A DNA stretch of 63,321 nucleotides, the filler included, from Folioceros fuciformis (taxonomy: Eukaryota): NCBI GenBank assembly GCA_049999805.1. It is 7 parts of 7 records of this genome, joined end to end, with 100 filler letters (N's around TTAATTAATTAA, not from the genome) between each part and the next. Parts side by side here need not be neighbours in the genome. Positions count along the whole stretch, not along the records: positions 36,651 to 43,713 come from JBNGIO010004629.1; positions 43,814 to 55,988 come from JBNGIO010004631.1; 5 more parts are not named here. One strand, given 5' to 3'. Numbering within the stretch: position 1 is the stretch's first letter; each line of letters opens with the position of its first letter. The position numbers were made by a program, and so were the translations under genes. Positions 36,693 to 50,166 of the stretch are shown here, piece by piece. Below the pieces are notes generated by a model. It saw nothing but the letters and a program-made list of their open reading frames with translations. It had not been told where the DNA came from and did not search any database.

Positions 36693-39446
36693 GTTCCAGG
36701 TCAAGAAGAAGCAGTTCTTTGCCAATTTCGTGGCCATTATGCTGTATGGAATCGTAGGCGTGTTCATCTCATTTGCAGTTATAACTGCAGGTGTGCAGAT
36801 CTTGTTGTAAAATCCTTCAGCATATACTCTTGTTCACTGTGGACTGTGATCTGAATATTTGTGTGAACATTCTTGGATGCAGCTTCTAGCTTTGCATTTC
36901 CAAGGCTGGGCATCCCTGATCTCCAGATTAAAGATTATCTTGGTCGGTCTCCACCCCACACCCTTGAACTCGCTCATGGTTCAGTTGGTTCTTCTCTCCA
37001 TCTCAAGTGGCAGTCCTGAAAGCCAGGGACTGATTACATGTCTGATGTCCTATTGCAGCAATAGGAACAATCTTCTCGGCAACAGATTCAGTTTGCACTT
37101 TGCAGGTGAGCTTGTGGATGATGGCCGGTGAATGTGTCTGACTCAATTGATGCCATCTGTCTGGAGCTGCGTACTTTTCTGGGTAGTGATCATTGGGCAT
37201 GGGCGGTGTTCTTCAGGTCCTTAATCAGGAGGACACGCCTCTTCTCTACAGTCTTGTATTTGGCGAGGGTGTTGTGAACGACGCCACATCCGTGGTGCTT
37301 TTCCGAGCTGTTCAGAAGTTCGACTTTGATGACTTCAATGCTTTCACAGCGTTGCACATCGTAGCTGACTTCTTGTACCTCTTTATCACCAGCACTGCGC
37401 TTGGGATTCTGGTAAGCCTTATTTTTCCTTGTGCGTACAACCTTTTTCATTGATGCCTGGCCGATTGTGCATGTGCTTTCATAATCTTTGTCCACTCTCT
37501 GCATTGCACTCAATCTGAAACCTTTGTAATCCCTGCAGATTGGACTCCTGAGTGCATACATCATTAAGACTCTTTACTTTGGCAGGTGAAATTTGTTTTC
37601 CTTGGTGACTTTTGACTGCTTCGTTTCTTTGCGTTCTAAAAAGCATAAAGGAACTCTTTTGGTGGCTCCATAGTCTCCACATTATTGTTTTAACTACACT
37701 CCTGTTGACATCCCTGTATCAGGCACTCAACTGATCGTGAGATTGCTATCATGACTCTGATGGCCTATCTTTCCTACATTTTAGCCGAGGTAGGGAGGCT
37801 TTCATCGCTGCTTTTGGTTCAGTTGGGGCTGCAGAGTAGGCCTGTGATGATTAGACTGCATTATGAGTATGTTTGCAGACTCTCTATGGTATTCAGACGT
37901 TGGCATGCCTTGTTTCCATTTTGCAGCTGTTCTGGCTGAGCGGGATATTGACAGTATTCTTTTGTGGCATTGTCATGTCACACTACACGTGGCACAACGT
38001 CACAGAGAGCTCTCGAATCACAACCAAGTACTTCAGTTGCCTTCCAGTTGTTTGCATGTGTTTGCTATTGTCCTGGGTAGTTCAGATTATAGGTTATAGG
38101 TTCTGAACAGGTTTCATTCCGTAGCCATGGTATTATTGCTTTATGGTTTCTTTACGTCTCTAATTGGGGTGAGTATCTTCACCCTGGGTTGACGTTGCTT
38201 GTCTGGATGTACAGGCATACTTTTGCCACCTTCTCTTTCATAGCAGAGACGTTTATATTCCTTTATGTCGGCATGGATGCACTGGACATCAGTATGTGGA
38301 AGCAGACTGCCACCACGTAATGCCTTAACTTCTTGGGTTAACGCTTCTGAGCATGCTGTTTTCCTGCGCCAGGGTGGAGTTCAGCTTTTAAAGTGCTGAG
38401 TGGTTGCTGAGGCTGTTGCTGTCGGACTCTAAAACATTTCTCTTTCTTCCTTTTCTAGTGTGCCCCAATCCTTTGGAATTGTCAGCACGTTGGTAGCAGC
38501 AACTCTTATTGGAAGAGCAGCTTTTGTGTTCCCGCTGTCTGCGCTTGCCAATCTCCTTCGCAAATCACCAGGAGGAAAGATCAGTCTTCGTCATCAGGTT
38601 GGATTGCCGCACAGTTTCTGGTGTGGAAATGTTTCACCTTGTTAACTTAGCTGAGTGCTGTGGTGGTTGAAGGCTTAGTCATCGATAGCTCATTCTCTGT
38701 GATGTACTCTACAAGATTTTGAGCTCAGCGAGTGTTAATCTTGGTAGAAAAATCCATGTGCGCAGGTGATCATATGGTGGGCTGGTCTGATGCGAGGTGC
38801 TGTTTCAATAGCTTTGGCATTTAATCAGGTAACCCCCGTGGTTAATTCCTTTGGCATGTCTAGCACGGATATGTGCCACGCATTTCTGTTGTTGGGTACA
38901 TGAGCCTTTGCATTGATTGCTGCAGTTCACTCAAGCTGGTGATACCAAGAATCCAGAGCATGCGACAGTGATCACGAGCACCATTACTGTGGTGCTTTTC
39001 AGCACATGTGTAAGTGCAGAACGGCCTGAGTCCCTATCCCAAGAACTTCTTTGTGGGGCCTAGTACTTGGTGGAGTTGTTAACTTTTCGCGTGAACTGAA
39101 ACAGGTGTTCGGGTTGCTTACAAAGCCCATCATCAACTGGTTGATTCCTGAACATATGCGACACCTTCTTAGCGACACCTCCGACCCCCCTTCTCCAAAG
39201 GATGGCTCTTTAAGCTCAAGCTTGAACGCACCTTTGTTGCCCGGTATGTTCGGAAATGGGCAGAGAAGGAGTAGTCTTAGGATGTTACTGGCAGCACCGA
39301 CTTCGACCGTACATAATCTGTGGAGAAAATTCGACAATGCTTATATGAGGCCCGTCTTTGGGGGCCGCGGATTTGTGCAGTATGCTCCACACTCACCAAC
39401 AGTGGAGGAAGAAGGCTTTTTCTCCTCAAGACCCGAGCTGCAATGA
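36693..39446 (+). CDS. Vacuolar-type (NHX1-like) Na+,K+/H+ antiporter, multi-exon; N-terminal exons missing (gap)
   Basis: GFQVKKKQFF; AIGTIFSATDSVCTLQVLNQEDTPLLYSLVFGEGVVNDATSVVLF; HSTDREIA; LSGILTVFFCGIVMSHYTWHNVTESSRITTK; WWAGLMRGAVS; HNLWRKFDNAYMRPVFGGRGFV. Confidence 0.95.
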
Positions 39447-40434
39447 AAATTTAAAAATTAGCTGAGCACTACTGATCGCCCACCCGGCCTTGTTGAAATA
39501 GTTACAAGAACCATTTTTGAAGCAGAGTTTGGGCTGGAATCAGGCGGTGTGACGGCTAATATGGTCCGCAAGTATGGATGGAGACAGGCCCAATGCAGAC
39601 AGGGGCTGTCGTATATCAGACCTCGATTGATGTGAAGATCACAGTATCTGCTTACGCTGGATCGGCAGCTCCCTGCTTCGAATAAGGCCTTGCTGGACGT
39701 GCAGCGCGTTGCGTGGTTGTAGAAATTAGTCTTTCTTCGTGGATAGCTTTGGTTCGTCATCCTAGTACAGTCTCCTCTCTAGGTACCTTGCCCATCAGAG
39801 CTTCTAGCTGTTGGCGTTGCCACAGTTCCCCAATCAGGCTTATTAGAGGCAGGGTTGAGGATGTTGTGGATAAGTTGCGGCAGTTTCCAAGGATGCTGTG
39901 CCAGAGGTACAAGTTTGTATCGTGGAACGGCATCCAAGTACAGTTGCACTGTTTCGGGCAGCCGAAAGCGATCCATAGATACATAAAGAGCAATCTGGGT
40001 GCTTCCCTCCGCGAGTGATGCTGCAAACTTGTATCTTACATTTGTTAATGCACGCCAACTGTTGACGTGCGGGATGAAGGTAAGATTGTCAAATGGCATC
40101 GTGCTGGGGAGGTTAGGCAGGACGCGCTAATGTGTGTAGACCTGCGGGGCAGATCCACACCGAATAACGTTGCATATGGTGCGATTTGGGGAAGGAAGGA
40201 CAGGAACATGGCACGATTGCCGGCTGCGTGGTGGGGGCCGTGCGCAAGCATCACGTGACCAATCCGTTGCGCAAACATGTCCCCGACGGCCGGTTCCCTG
40301 CTGCTGCTGCAGCTGTTGCTGTTGCTGCTGCGGCACACCAGTAGGCAGCGGGAAGCGCAGCAGGTGCGTGACCAGACTAGAAGAGCCTGCTCCTGTGGTT
40401 CGCGGGAGAAAGAGGCGGGACGTGGGCCTTCCAG

Positions 40435-40515
40435 ACGGAGCGGGAGCGGGAGCGGGAGCCGGAACCGGAACCGGAACCGGAACCGAACCCGGACCCGCAC
40501 CCGGACCCAGACCCG
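40435..40515. repeat. Compound hexamer microsatellite (CGGAGC/CGGAAC/CGGACC variants); a (GCA)n/(GCAGCC)n block also lies at ~40786-40822
   Basis: Repeated 6-mers are directly visible. Confidence 0.85.
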
Positions 40516-41078
40516 GCCGTGCATGAAGACCCGACTTCGCGGACCAGGCTGACGCTGATGTGGAACTGTACGCCTATGGGCTCCATCTCGGCCGCCATGC
40601 TCACTGTTCACTCTTGTTTTGGATGCCTGTTGGCGAGGTAGCCCCGATTTGGAAAGGAAAGCCCACTGGGAATCTGGTCGGCAGGAGGGCGGGGCGTCAG
40701 GGGATGGCGTGGGACTCCATCTGAGCGTCTCAGGCCGATGCGCACTGGGTGTCTGCGAATCTCGTGCAGATTATCGAAACCAGGAAGCAGCAGCAGCAGC
40801 AGCAGCAGCCGCAGCCGCAGCCGGACGAGGAGCAGTAGCAGGAGCAGGAAGAGGAGCGGAGGCTGGCTCGCTGTGATACAAATGGGCGCACCGTGCAATC
40901 CTTCCGGGAGCGCAGGAGCTCGACGATGCCCTCAACGCCCGCCGTCGTACGACCATCGCTGTGCCTGCTCCGCCTGCCTACCGCGCCGCGTGTGATCTCG
41001 TGAAAGCTTGCCGTACAGCTACATGGCTTGAGTCCTCCGCCTTTCTCTCCTCTAGGCAGGTAGAATTCTAGGGTGGTG

Positions 41079-43118
41079 ATGGAGCAGCACGGGCCCTCCG
41101 TGAGTAAGGAGGAGAACCAAGCCGCCCAGGCTGAGGAGATGGAGGCCTTACATGCCATCTATGAGGACGACTACAAATTCTACCCCGACGGCCACTTCTG
41201 CGAGGTGGGCAGCGTCGGTGGCTGGGTGTGTTTGGACGGGAATTTGGTCGCTGTCCGATCTCTTGTCACATGCCCTTGCCGTGCAGATTCAAGTCTACCC
41301 CACGGCTGATGCCCGAGCTGTTGCCATCCGTCTCCGGGTCTACTTTGTGGATTCGTATCCTTCGGCCTGTGAGCCTGTGGCCGAGCTCAGGGCACCGTGG
41401 ATCTCCGAGCACACCAAGCACAAGATTCTGGCAGAATTCGGGGAAATCTATCGGCAGGGAGCCAGAGGTGTTGTCATCTTCCAGTGGGTGGACTGGTTGC
41501 AGGTGTGTCCCCGTCCTGGTCGCCAGCAGTGCACCATGGAAAAGGTCGGCGTTTAACTCCCGTGACTGTGTGTGCGTCACCAGGGGCAGGCGTGGGTTTG
41601 GGAGGAAGCAAAGAGCTGGGCGGAGAAAGTGGCAATCACCAACCAACACTTGAAGAAAGGTGCGCAGATTCCGTTCTGCCACTCCTTCGTACAAGAGGGA
41701 AGCCTGTGTGTGGGAGAGAGACGCATTTGTATTCAATAGTTCTCCTCAGCACTGTTCGGCTGCTGCACTGCACGGACAGGAGCATTGCTGATGGCGAGCC
41801 TAGCCAGATGCCACACTGCCTGTCCACAGCTGTTGGCTGTGCTGGTTGTGCTTGGTTGTTGGTGCTTCTAACCGAAGCTCCTATTCCATGCCGGCAGATA
41901 ACAAGCTCAAACCCAAGCACAAACCATCTCTTTCAGAGCAGTCTCACTTGTAGGTTTCAAACAATTCACATTTTGCTCCGCACAGTTGCTTTTGGTTCTG
42001 ATGCCAACGTCAGGAATGTTGAAAGCCCCTGTGCAGTGCAGTCTCTTGGACCAGTACATTGTGCAGCAGCTTACCACTCTTGTGTCTATTTTTTGTCGCC
42101 AGGAGTGAAGATGACAGCTTGCAAGATGGCCCATCCCCAGTCGAGAGCCCGGAGGATCTGGAGCGGAAGAACGTAGAAGAGCTGGACAGGGCCCTCGGCA
42201 TCGTTCATGGACCTCCTTTCACAGAGAAGAAAAGTATCACCTCAAACCTGTCAGTTTGACTCGTGGATAGAGGCAGCATCACAGTCTGTGACCTTTTTCT
42301 TTTCTCCTATTTTACCACTGTCGATGTTCTGATTTCAAATCTTGGTTGGATTGATTCTGAAGCAACGATATGTTGGCAGGTGTGTTTCAGGCACACTTGG
42401 CCTCCGTTCATGGGGTGGATGAGGTGGAAGTGGTGATGGATGCCCTCCTTCGGAACCGAAAAATTGCTGGAGCCACTCATAATATTATGGCCTACAGGAT
42501 TAATGTACCTGACAAAGGCACAGTAAGTCTAAAGCGCTGGATCCTCCGAACACCTGAAGAAGGAGAGGGGAGTGCGTAAGTGAAGCCTAACAATTCTGCC
42601 ACCACCTTTTGCGCGTTGCAGGTGCTGCAAGACTTCGATGATGATGGTGAAAATGCGGCTGGTGGACGGCTAATGCATCTTCTGCAAATTGTTGATGCTT
42701 CTGATGTTGTGGGTATCCTGTGCCAAGGATATGTATGTACTCACACCTGAGCTTGTACTCTAGCCAGCAGGTTTAACTTCTCGTGAGCAATGTCATGCAG
42801 GTGGTGGTTGTGTCACGTTGGTTTGGAGGTGTCCTGCTTGGCCCTGATAGATTCAGATTCATCAACAACGCTGCCCGGTCCATCCTGAGTACCTGCGGAT
42901 ACGTCGCTGGCAACGGGAATGGTGGCCATCACAAGAATCAGCCCAAACCAACTCCTGCTCGAACGACAGTCACCGTCCTGTCTCGTAGAGGTGGGCATCC
43001 TGTCTTATCATAGCAAATGCCAAATTTGGTAGGCGCAGTTGTAACCCGCTCAGGGTGGTCAGTGATGCTCCTTCTCACGTCACGAACTCATTTTGCTTTT
43101 ACAGGCAGAAAGAAGTGA
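41079..43118 (+). CDS. IMPACT/YIH1-family protein (RWD domain + UPF0029 domain), multi-exon
   Basis: RWD: QAEEMEALHAIYEDD...SYPS...VVIFQWVDWL. IMPACT domain: TEKKSVFQAHLA...KIAGATHNIMAYRI...QDFDDDGENAAGGRLMHLLQIVD...VVVVSRWFGGVLLGPDRFRFINNAAR. Stop at 43013 or, if a last small exon is used, 43118. Confidence 0.92.
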
Positions 43119-46100
43119 GGAGCTGTCAGACGAGATTCCCAGCCGTTTTTCCCCTAGGACTTCTTTGGAGGTTCTCCTCAGTTTGCTCCTGAACATGATT
43201 ATCACAAGGCTTAGATACTTAGCGAAGTGAGGGGCAATGGCCCATGTTTTGTGTCACGAGCAGTTTTGAATGTTGGGAGAATTTCAGGATCGCGAGTGAT
43301 GCACCGTTGTCCATATCTCATCAGAGAACACACTCCAACCCGAACACATCCTCGACATCGTCGTCGTGGTTAGTGCAGTAGGTTCTGGAATGTCGTGGTT
43401 AGTGCACTAGGTTCTGGAATCCGGGCTACAGATGAAGTACTTCAACTCTCAAACTGAAGTTAAGCCCGGACTGTTTGAAGAATTAGGTCTCGCCTGACTC
43501 CATACCTACTACGTGTTTCACGGAGGAGGTGAGCCTGAACGTGTCCACATACGGTATCTATAGAAACTGTTTTACTCACCCGCTTCGCACAAGTTATAGA
43601 TTTCTTTGGATTCCAATTTCCGCGTTTCTTTCACGGGACTTTGAAAGAGGCTAGCTTTTTCGAACGCACGAACGCTTGGAAAAAAAAAAAGGAACCCGCC
43701 CCCTGCACCTCCGNNNNNNNNNNNNNNNNNNNNNNNNNNNNNNNNNNNNNNNNNNNNTTAATTAATTAANNNNNNNNNNNNNNNNNNNNNNNNNNNNNNN
43801 NNNNNNNNNNNNNGTCCCCCTACCTTCTCATGTCCCCCTTGACTGACCTCTCTTGCTCCTCTCTGCAGCAGCATGTCAGTTAGAGCAGACGCCAGACGCC
43901 CGGCGCCCGGCGCGGACGGAATTGCGAACTTCCTTTCCTTTCCTTTCCTCTCCTCTCTCGACCTGTGCCTGTGCCTCATTAGTCTGACCTTGTGATGAGT
44001 GCCGGTACCCCCTTGAGCTGCGGAGCAAGGCAAACAAGACATAAAAAAGAGACAGGGAAAGCGGAAAGCAATCAGTGTACAGCATGCTCTCTCCCTCCTT
44101 ACTCCCATTCTCAGCCATCTTTGTACACCAAAAAGCTTAGGTCAGTGCAGCACATAACAGTCCATTCTGAGAGCCAGAAGATGAAGCAGCAAAGCAGCAC
44201 AAGCAGAAGCGGAATCAGGAAGAGCGGCAGCGGCAGCGGCAGCGCTTGAGAACGTTACAGTACTCCCCGACTCAGCGTAACGTAACGGCAGGGTGAAGAG
44301 CGGGAACGGGGTTACGGGACGGTTGGGAAGGCGCCACGTCCCGTTACGCCGCTGCCTCTGCCTCTGCCTGTGCCCGGGCCCCTGCTGCTACGTCTGCCCG
44401 GCGTCTGTCATAGCCGCGTGTCCTTAACAATCCTGTCATGCTTGAATGATGATCATCCGCCCGGCTCCGGCTGGGCCGCTGGGCCCCCACTTACGGGGGC
44501 CTCCGTGGGCCCCCACTTAACCTAAAGGAATCCCGGTTGCGCTCATGAGTTCGCAGCCACAGTGGCCCGAGGCAGCAGCAGGAGCAGGAGCGGGAGCGGA
44601 GGCAGATGCAGATGCGGGGCAGGCTTGTCGGAGCTGCAGGGACAGCACCGTGGCCACCTCCGATATCGAACTAGTCCCTTTTCACACGTCCGTGCCAGCG
44701 CAGACGCGCTTACGCCCCGATATTACGTAGAGATCTAGTCTCTTGGAGTCCAAGCCTGCCTGCCTGCCTGCCGAGGCCGCTGGAAGATTCCAGGCGTCTC
44801 CCGCCTTCCTTGCCCCTCGCTAACCCTCGCTGCCCATTAGTCAAATACTTTGTGCCCAACCAGAGCATTGCGTACTGTGTGTAGCTGGTGGCTGGCCATA
44901 CTCTCCAGTCAGACCCGGAGCCGGAGCCGGAGCCTCAGCCCGAGTCCACTCGGGCTCGGCTCGCCTTCGGAACAGTCCAAGTCCAATCCAAGTCCAGACC
45001 AGCCCAGCCAGGTTCGAACTGGACCCACCAGTCAGATTGTCCCGACAAGGGTTCACAGAGCAGGGCCTTCTTCCCCGCCACTGCCACTGTCGAGCGTTAT
45101 CCACGCCCTTTGCACTTGCCGCTTTTGTCACTCAATAATGCAACCCAGTCCCCGCTGCCTGGGTTGGATTTAGAATGGCGTTACCGGGTCGACGATCGTC
45201 TTCCTCCCGCCTCCGTCCATGATCCGAACGACCGCCGGCTTTGCCATGCCGGGGCTCCTGTTCCAGCTCAACTATGGCACAAGTTAGGGCAACGAACGAC
45301 GGGCCGGGCCGGGCCACGCCAACCCAACCCGGCCTCTCTTCCTGCCCGCTGCCCGCTGCCCGGCCCCGCCCTTCCTCTCCAGTAGCCTATCCCCGCACGG
45401 GACGGGACGGGACAGGACGGGACGGGATGGGAGCTGGCCTGCCAACCTTCCTACTTCAATGCCTGCTCCAGGTTGGTCCCAGGCGCACGCCTGCTGCCAT
45501 CCCCGACCTCCACCCTCAATTCTGGTCCAATCTCTCAACGCCGCCTCCACCGCGCCTGTGACGTTTGCGCCCCTCTTGCTGCTGCTGCTTGCTGCTCAAG
45601 AGCGTCTAGAGCTCACACACCTTCCTCTGCTTCCCGCGTCCTCCTCTCCGCCCGCGCGCCCTGCACCCTCCATCTTGCATGCGGATCTTCTGCTGTCGTA
45701 TCTCAGCTTTCCGATTTGGACCTGCTGCGCAAGTTTGGCCGCCTCTGCCTCCTTCGCTCATCGCCATCAGCGCCTTCTGGGCCGCTGCTCTTGGCGAGCT
45801 CTCCAGTCGCTGTGGTGGAAACGGGGAGGAGAGATAGCCCACACCACGCCAGGAGACGAGGCTGTGCTTGCAAACGCCTCCCACCACCTCCCGCGCTTCT
45901 TCTTCTTCTTGTGTCACCGCCCGTGTGTGTGCTTTCCGATTAAGACAATCTTGAGCCCAGCCCCGCATTCCTGCCATACCCCCCCGGGCCCTTGCCTGCT
46001 TGCCAAGCTCCCTCTCGTCGTCACCCCACCACCTGCTGCTGCACCTCTTCACTTCGTGTCTTGCCCGCACTGTCGCTGGCCCATTGCTTCCACCTGCGAT

Positions 46101-47422
46101 TTGACTGGCGATTGTCGCCACTGCTTCTGTTTCTGCGGCAGCACTTGCCTTGGATTCATTTCAGTCTCCTTTGCCTCAAAGACTGCCTGCTGCCGCTAGA
46201 TTCTCTTCAAATTCTCTCAACTCGTATCTTCTCTTGCCAGCGCCAGCCCTCAATGTGTGGATCCAGATCATCATCATCATGAGGCGGGCAGCAGCTGCGC
46301 TGTCGTAGCGTGATCACCACTCTCACTTGTACATACACATGTTACAGGACCCGCTCCGCCATAACTCAATTTGCTCAGGAAGGACTGGTCCAGGAGTGGA
46401 GTGGAGTGGAATGGAGTACTAGTGGCATCCTCCATCTCGCTGCTCTACGGGTATATAGCTCCAACCTGCTTCGGCACCTGCTCCAACGGCACCAGAGTCT
46501 GTTCTAGCGTGCCAAATCTGGAATGCCCCGCGTCAACTCAACACAAGGCTTTGCCTGTGCACTGTGCGTGCATTCATCTCTGCATGTGCCGTATCTCTCT
46601 TGTCAGAGCGTCTCAGAATGAGTATCTAGATATGTATCCGCTGCTCCTGCTGCTGCTCCCTCTGCTCACTGTTGCCACACTTTCGACCAGTTAGAGGACG
46701 TCCGCAGCTTCTTCGGCTCACAGCTCTTCAAAGGATTACGCCAACTCGCGGCGCTGCTACCGTACACTGTGCAAGCAGTGCCTCTGGACAGTAGAATTGC
46801 GACTCCTTTCCCTTGCCTTCGCAGGATCGGAGCTGCTGCAGGCAGAGCGCTAGCCTTCAGGTTCCGACTCATTATAGTATGCAAACGGGAACCAGCCGCA
46901 TCCCCTAGCCTGCTACTGCTTGAAGTTCGTCTTCTACACCTCTGCTCTCCTCTCCTCTGCTCTCCTCCCCTCTGCTCTCCGCTCCTCTCCTCAGTCTGTG
47001 CATTCAACTATTCCTCGTCATCACCTTCGTCCTTCCGCGCGCGGCCGCTGCGTCAATGCTTTCACCCTAGCCCCCGTCTGCCTGCCTGCCTGCCTGCCTG
47101 CCTCCGCTCCACTCCAGCCTGGCGGGTTATACGAGATGTAGCAATTCGTCACAACATTTCTTCACGAGGTACCGCCTTCTGCGAGCTGTGTGGTGTGCGC
47201 TTTCAAGACTGAGAGCGGAGTCTTGGCTATCTGGCAACAGCGGGAGGCTCCATCCAGGAAACGGGTCGGGAGTTTATTTCAAGCAAGGCTGCAGCAGGCG
47301 CCGGGCCTTCATGACGCTCCATCTCATACCTCAGTTGATCCAGCGGTGACACCAAAATAGGACGGACGCTAACGTTGCCGGCCCGTGCATGCGCAACGGG
47401 CGTCTCCCAACACACCGCTGCC

Positions 47423-50166
47423 ATGGGCCGCCATTCCTGCTGTCACAAGCAAAAGCTCAAGAAAGGCCTTTGGTCACCCGAGGAAGACGACAAGCTGGTG
47501 CGATACATCACCAAGCATGGTCACGGCTGCTGGAGTGCTGTCCCCAAGCAAGCAGGTGAGTGTGTGGATTGACTGATGACTCACTTCAGGAGCTTTCAAT
47601 CACTTTAACTGCACCCATTCAAAGATGGTGCTCTGGACAACATTCTTGTGACCTTGCTTCTGCACTCTTCATTGAATGCTGACTAGCTCAGATTCATCTT
47701 TGTCACCTGCGCCATTTCGCAAGCCACTAATTGCTAGCCACCTGCTACTGCACTTCTCCCTCTCCCTCCATGCGCAGCTAGCTACCCTTACCCGATCACC
47801 AAACCTTCTCACTGCACATGCTGCTGCTGCACACCATCCGCCTGCAGGACTTTTGCGCTGCGGGAAAAGCTGCCGGCTCAGGTGGATCAACTACCTCAGG
47901 CCCGATCTCAAGCGAGGCGTCTTCTCTGCATCGGAGGAGAAGCTCATCATCGACCTCCACGCAGTCCTCGGTAACAGGTCCTTGCCAGATTCATTACAAC
48001 CCCCCTCGTTCGCTTCTCATTCAATTCCAGCTCAGACGTCTCAAGTTCGCACCATCGCAGCTACCTGTTCCACAGCACAGGATTGCAGCGCAAACTAAGT
48101 CTCTTCTTCTTCTTCTTCTTCTTTTTTTTTTTTTTTCCTGCTGTAGAACATCTTGAACGCTTGCAAGTGCCAGGATCTAACACTCTCCGGCTGCAAATCT
48201 GTGCAGATGGTCTCAAATCGCGACTCAGCTACCTGGCAGGACCGACAACGAGATCAAGAACTTCTGGAACTCGTGCATCAAGAAAAAGCTGAAGCAGGTC
48301 GGCATCGACCCCAACACTCACAAGCTTGCCGGCACTGACCAAGCTCTTCAACAATTTCACCACTATGATCACACCAAGCCAGGCCTTCCGCCCTTCTTCA
48401 ACCACAGGGACAATATGCAGGTGAACTTGTCGACACCAGCTGGTACTGGCGCGCTTGGCATGACTGCCTCTCAGCTGCCTGGATCGTCTTCCGGGGCATC
48501 CCGCTTATATGACAGCTTCAAGCACATGCCCAGCCTGTTCGGGCCATTTGGTTGTGCCTCCTCGGCGCCACAGGAGCCCTTTAAGACTCTGCCGTCACTG
48601 CTGGACAGGAAAATGGGGTCTGATTTCCGGCCACCCGGCAGGCCATCAGCGTTTGCGCCGACTGCAGGCGCCACTGACTTGCAGCCCGCTCCAGACCTGC
48701 ACCACCTTTCCGGATCCGGAGATGCTCAGCTGGGGGTGTATGAGAGAGCGCTGTGGACGCCCAAGCATCCCAGCGTCAGGACGGCGGTTCTCAACAATCA
48801 CCTTCCCGGTTCTTGTTCCTCCATGGAGTCCATGACCAACGTGATGCATTCCGGGATGAAGATCTTCTCCGACGCATCTGCAGTGAGTGAAATGAACCAC
48901 CAGTACCCCTTGTCGGACATGGATACGGATGGAGCCGACGACTCCCTGGTGCCAGCCGCTTACAACCCCGTCTTCTGGCTCCTTGGGAATTCCAATTCCC
49001 CCTCTGTCCATGGCGGGGGTCCTGCTACCGGTATTCCCCCCTGCACCAGTACTGCCGCTGGGACCAGCTCCGGAATCGAAGCTCGCTGCTCTTCTCCTCT
49101 CTCCCTCTTCAATGTCTCAGGCATGCATCATGACGGCAATTGCCAGCACCACGGGAGCAGCACCTCGGATATGGCAAGCATGGAGCTCCAGCTCGGCGGT
49201 GCTAACAGCTTCAGGTTCAATATGGGAGACTCGACAGGGGACCTGAGTAGCATCACTGCCAACATCGGCTCTCTCAATGCACCCAGCTCCATGAAGCCAC
49301 GAGCATTCTTCTCCGACAATAATGCCGCTCCAGCCATCGAGTCTTCCGACATCTCCACCTCTTCTAACCAGCATTTGCAGCAGGCCGAGAGTCTTGTTCT
49401 GAGGACCACGGAGGGGGGACACAGTGGGTCTACTGAAATGTGCACTTCCCTGTCCTCGGTGTCGGTGGATTCTGCCTCCAGCAGCGGGAATGTCAACTTC
49501 TGGGCGGACAGTGCCTGCACGAGCAATGCCACGGCAGTGGACAGGCACAGCAGCAATGCCGCAGCAATCAGCCCGAATCTTTATCAGCAGAACTGCAGCT
49601 CTGGCTTCTGGGGCTCCCAGAATTTTTCCGACACTCGGTTGCCATTGTGCCAGACTGACCGTCTGGGATTTTGCGCGGACAACGGCACTGGCCACAGTGA
49701 GACTACCTTCGACTCCCAAGCTCCCAATTTCGGCCACCTCATGGCTCTGGACCACAGTGGCCAGACTACTCGTCAAGGCGACCTCGGGAACTGCTCTTCC
49801 ACTAGGCCGTATGGAGGAGAATCCGACAGGTCGATAACGAGGAATGTCACGAAATGGTGCGACCTCCTGCCAGTGGGCTCCACTATGAATCCTCAAACAC
49901 CAGCTCTGGACGACTCAAGGGTTATCAGCCTAATCAACGACTTCAACGAAGATTCCAGTCTGAGGTCCAAGGTTGTAGCAGGCGCCGCAGTCCAAGATGC
50001 CTTTCCAGACAGGAGTCACAACGGCAGCGGCGCAGCAGCTACCAGCCTCACCACCGGCAGCCCTGGCATGAGTAACTGGGAGCCCGAACTTTACCAGCGT
50101 TCAGGGCTCGTGGCCCCCATGTCCCCCGAGTTGCAACGTATTGCGGCTGTTCTTGACACGATTTAG
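47423..50166 (+). CDS. R2R3-MYB transcription factor, MYB61/55/86-like, 740 aa; exons 47423-47555, 47848-47977, 48207-50166
   Basis: [25 protein letters not shown]...[24 protein letters not shown]...[31 protein letters not shown]...GIDPNTHK. The first two exons have the canonical 133/130-nt sizes, and exon 3 is in frame with ORF 48415-50166. Confidence 0.95.

Noticed and set aside
42709-42800. GTATCCTG resembling a U12-type 5' splice site in IMPACT
   Set aside because: The GTGGGT donor 4 nt upstream gives the correct frame and the conserved DVVVVVSRW spacing, and there is no good U12 branch point.
43363-43420. 29-bp tandem duplication downstream of IMPACT; also a 12-bp inverted repeat at 14288-14316 in a DYAD intron
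   Set aside because: Isolated small local duplications with no supporting context.
44545-47212. Many overlapping ORFs upstream of the MYB
   Set aside because: Low-complexity translations of GC-rich microsatellite DNA in all frames, with no domain signal.
49117-49896. 259-aa antisense ORF, and similar shadows over the PPR, DYAD and Copia regions
   Set aside because: Antisense shadows of real GC-rich coding sequence.
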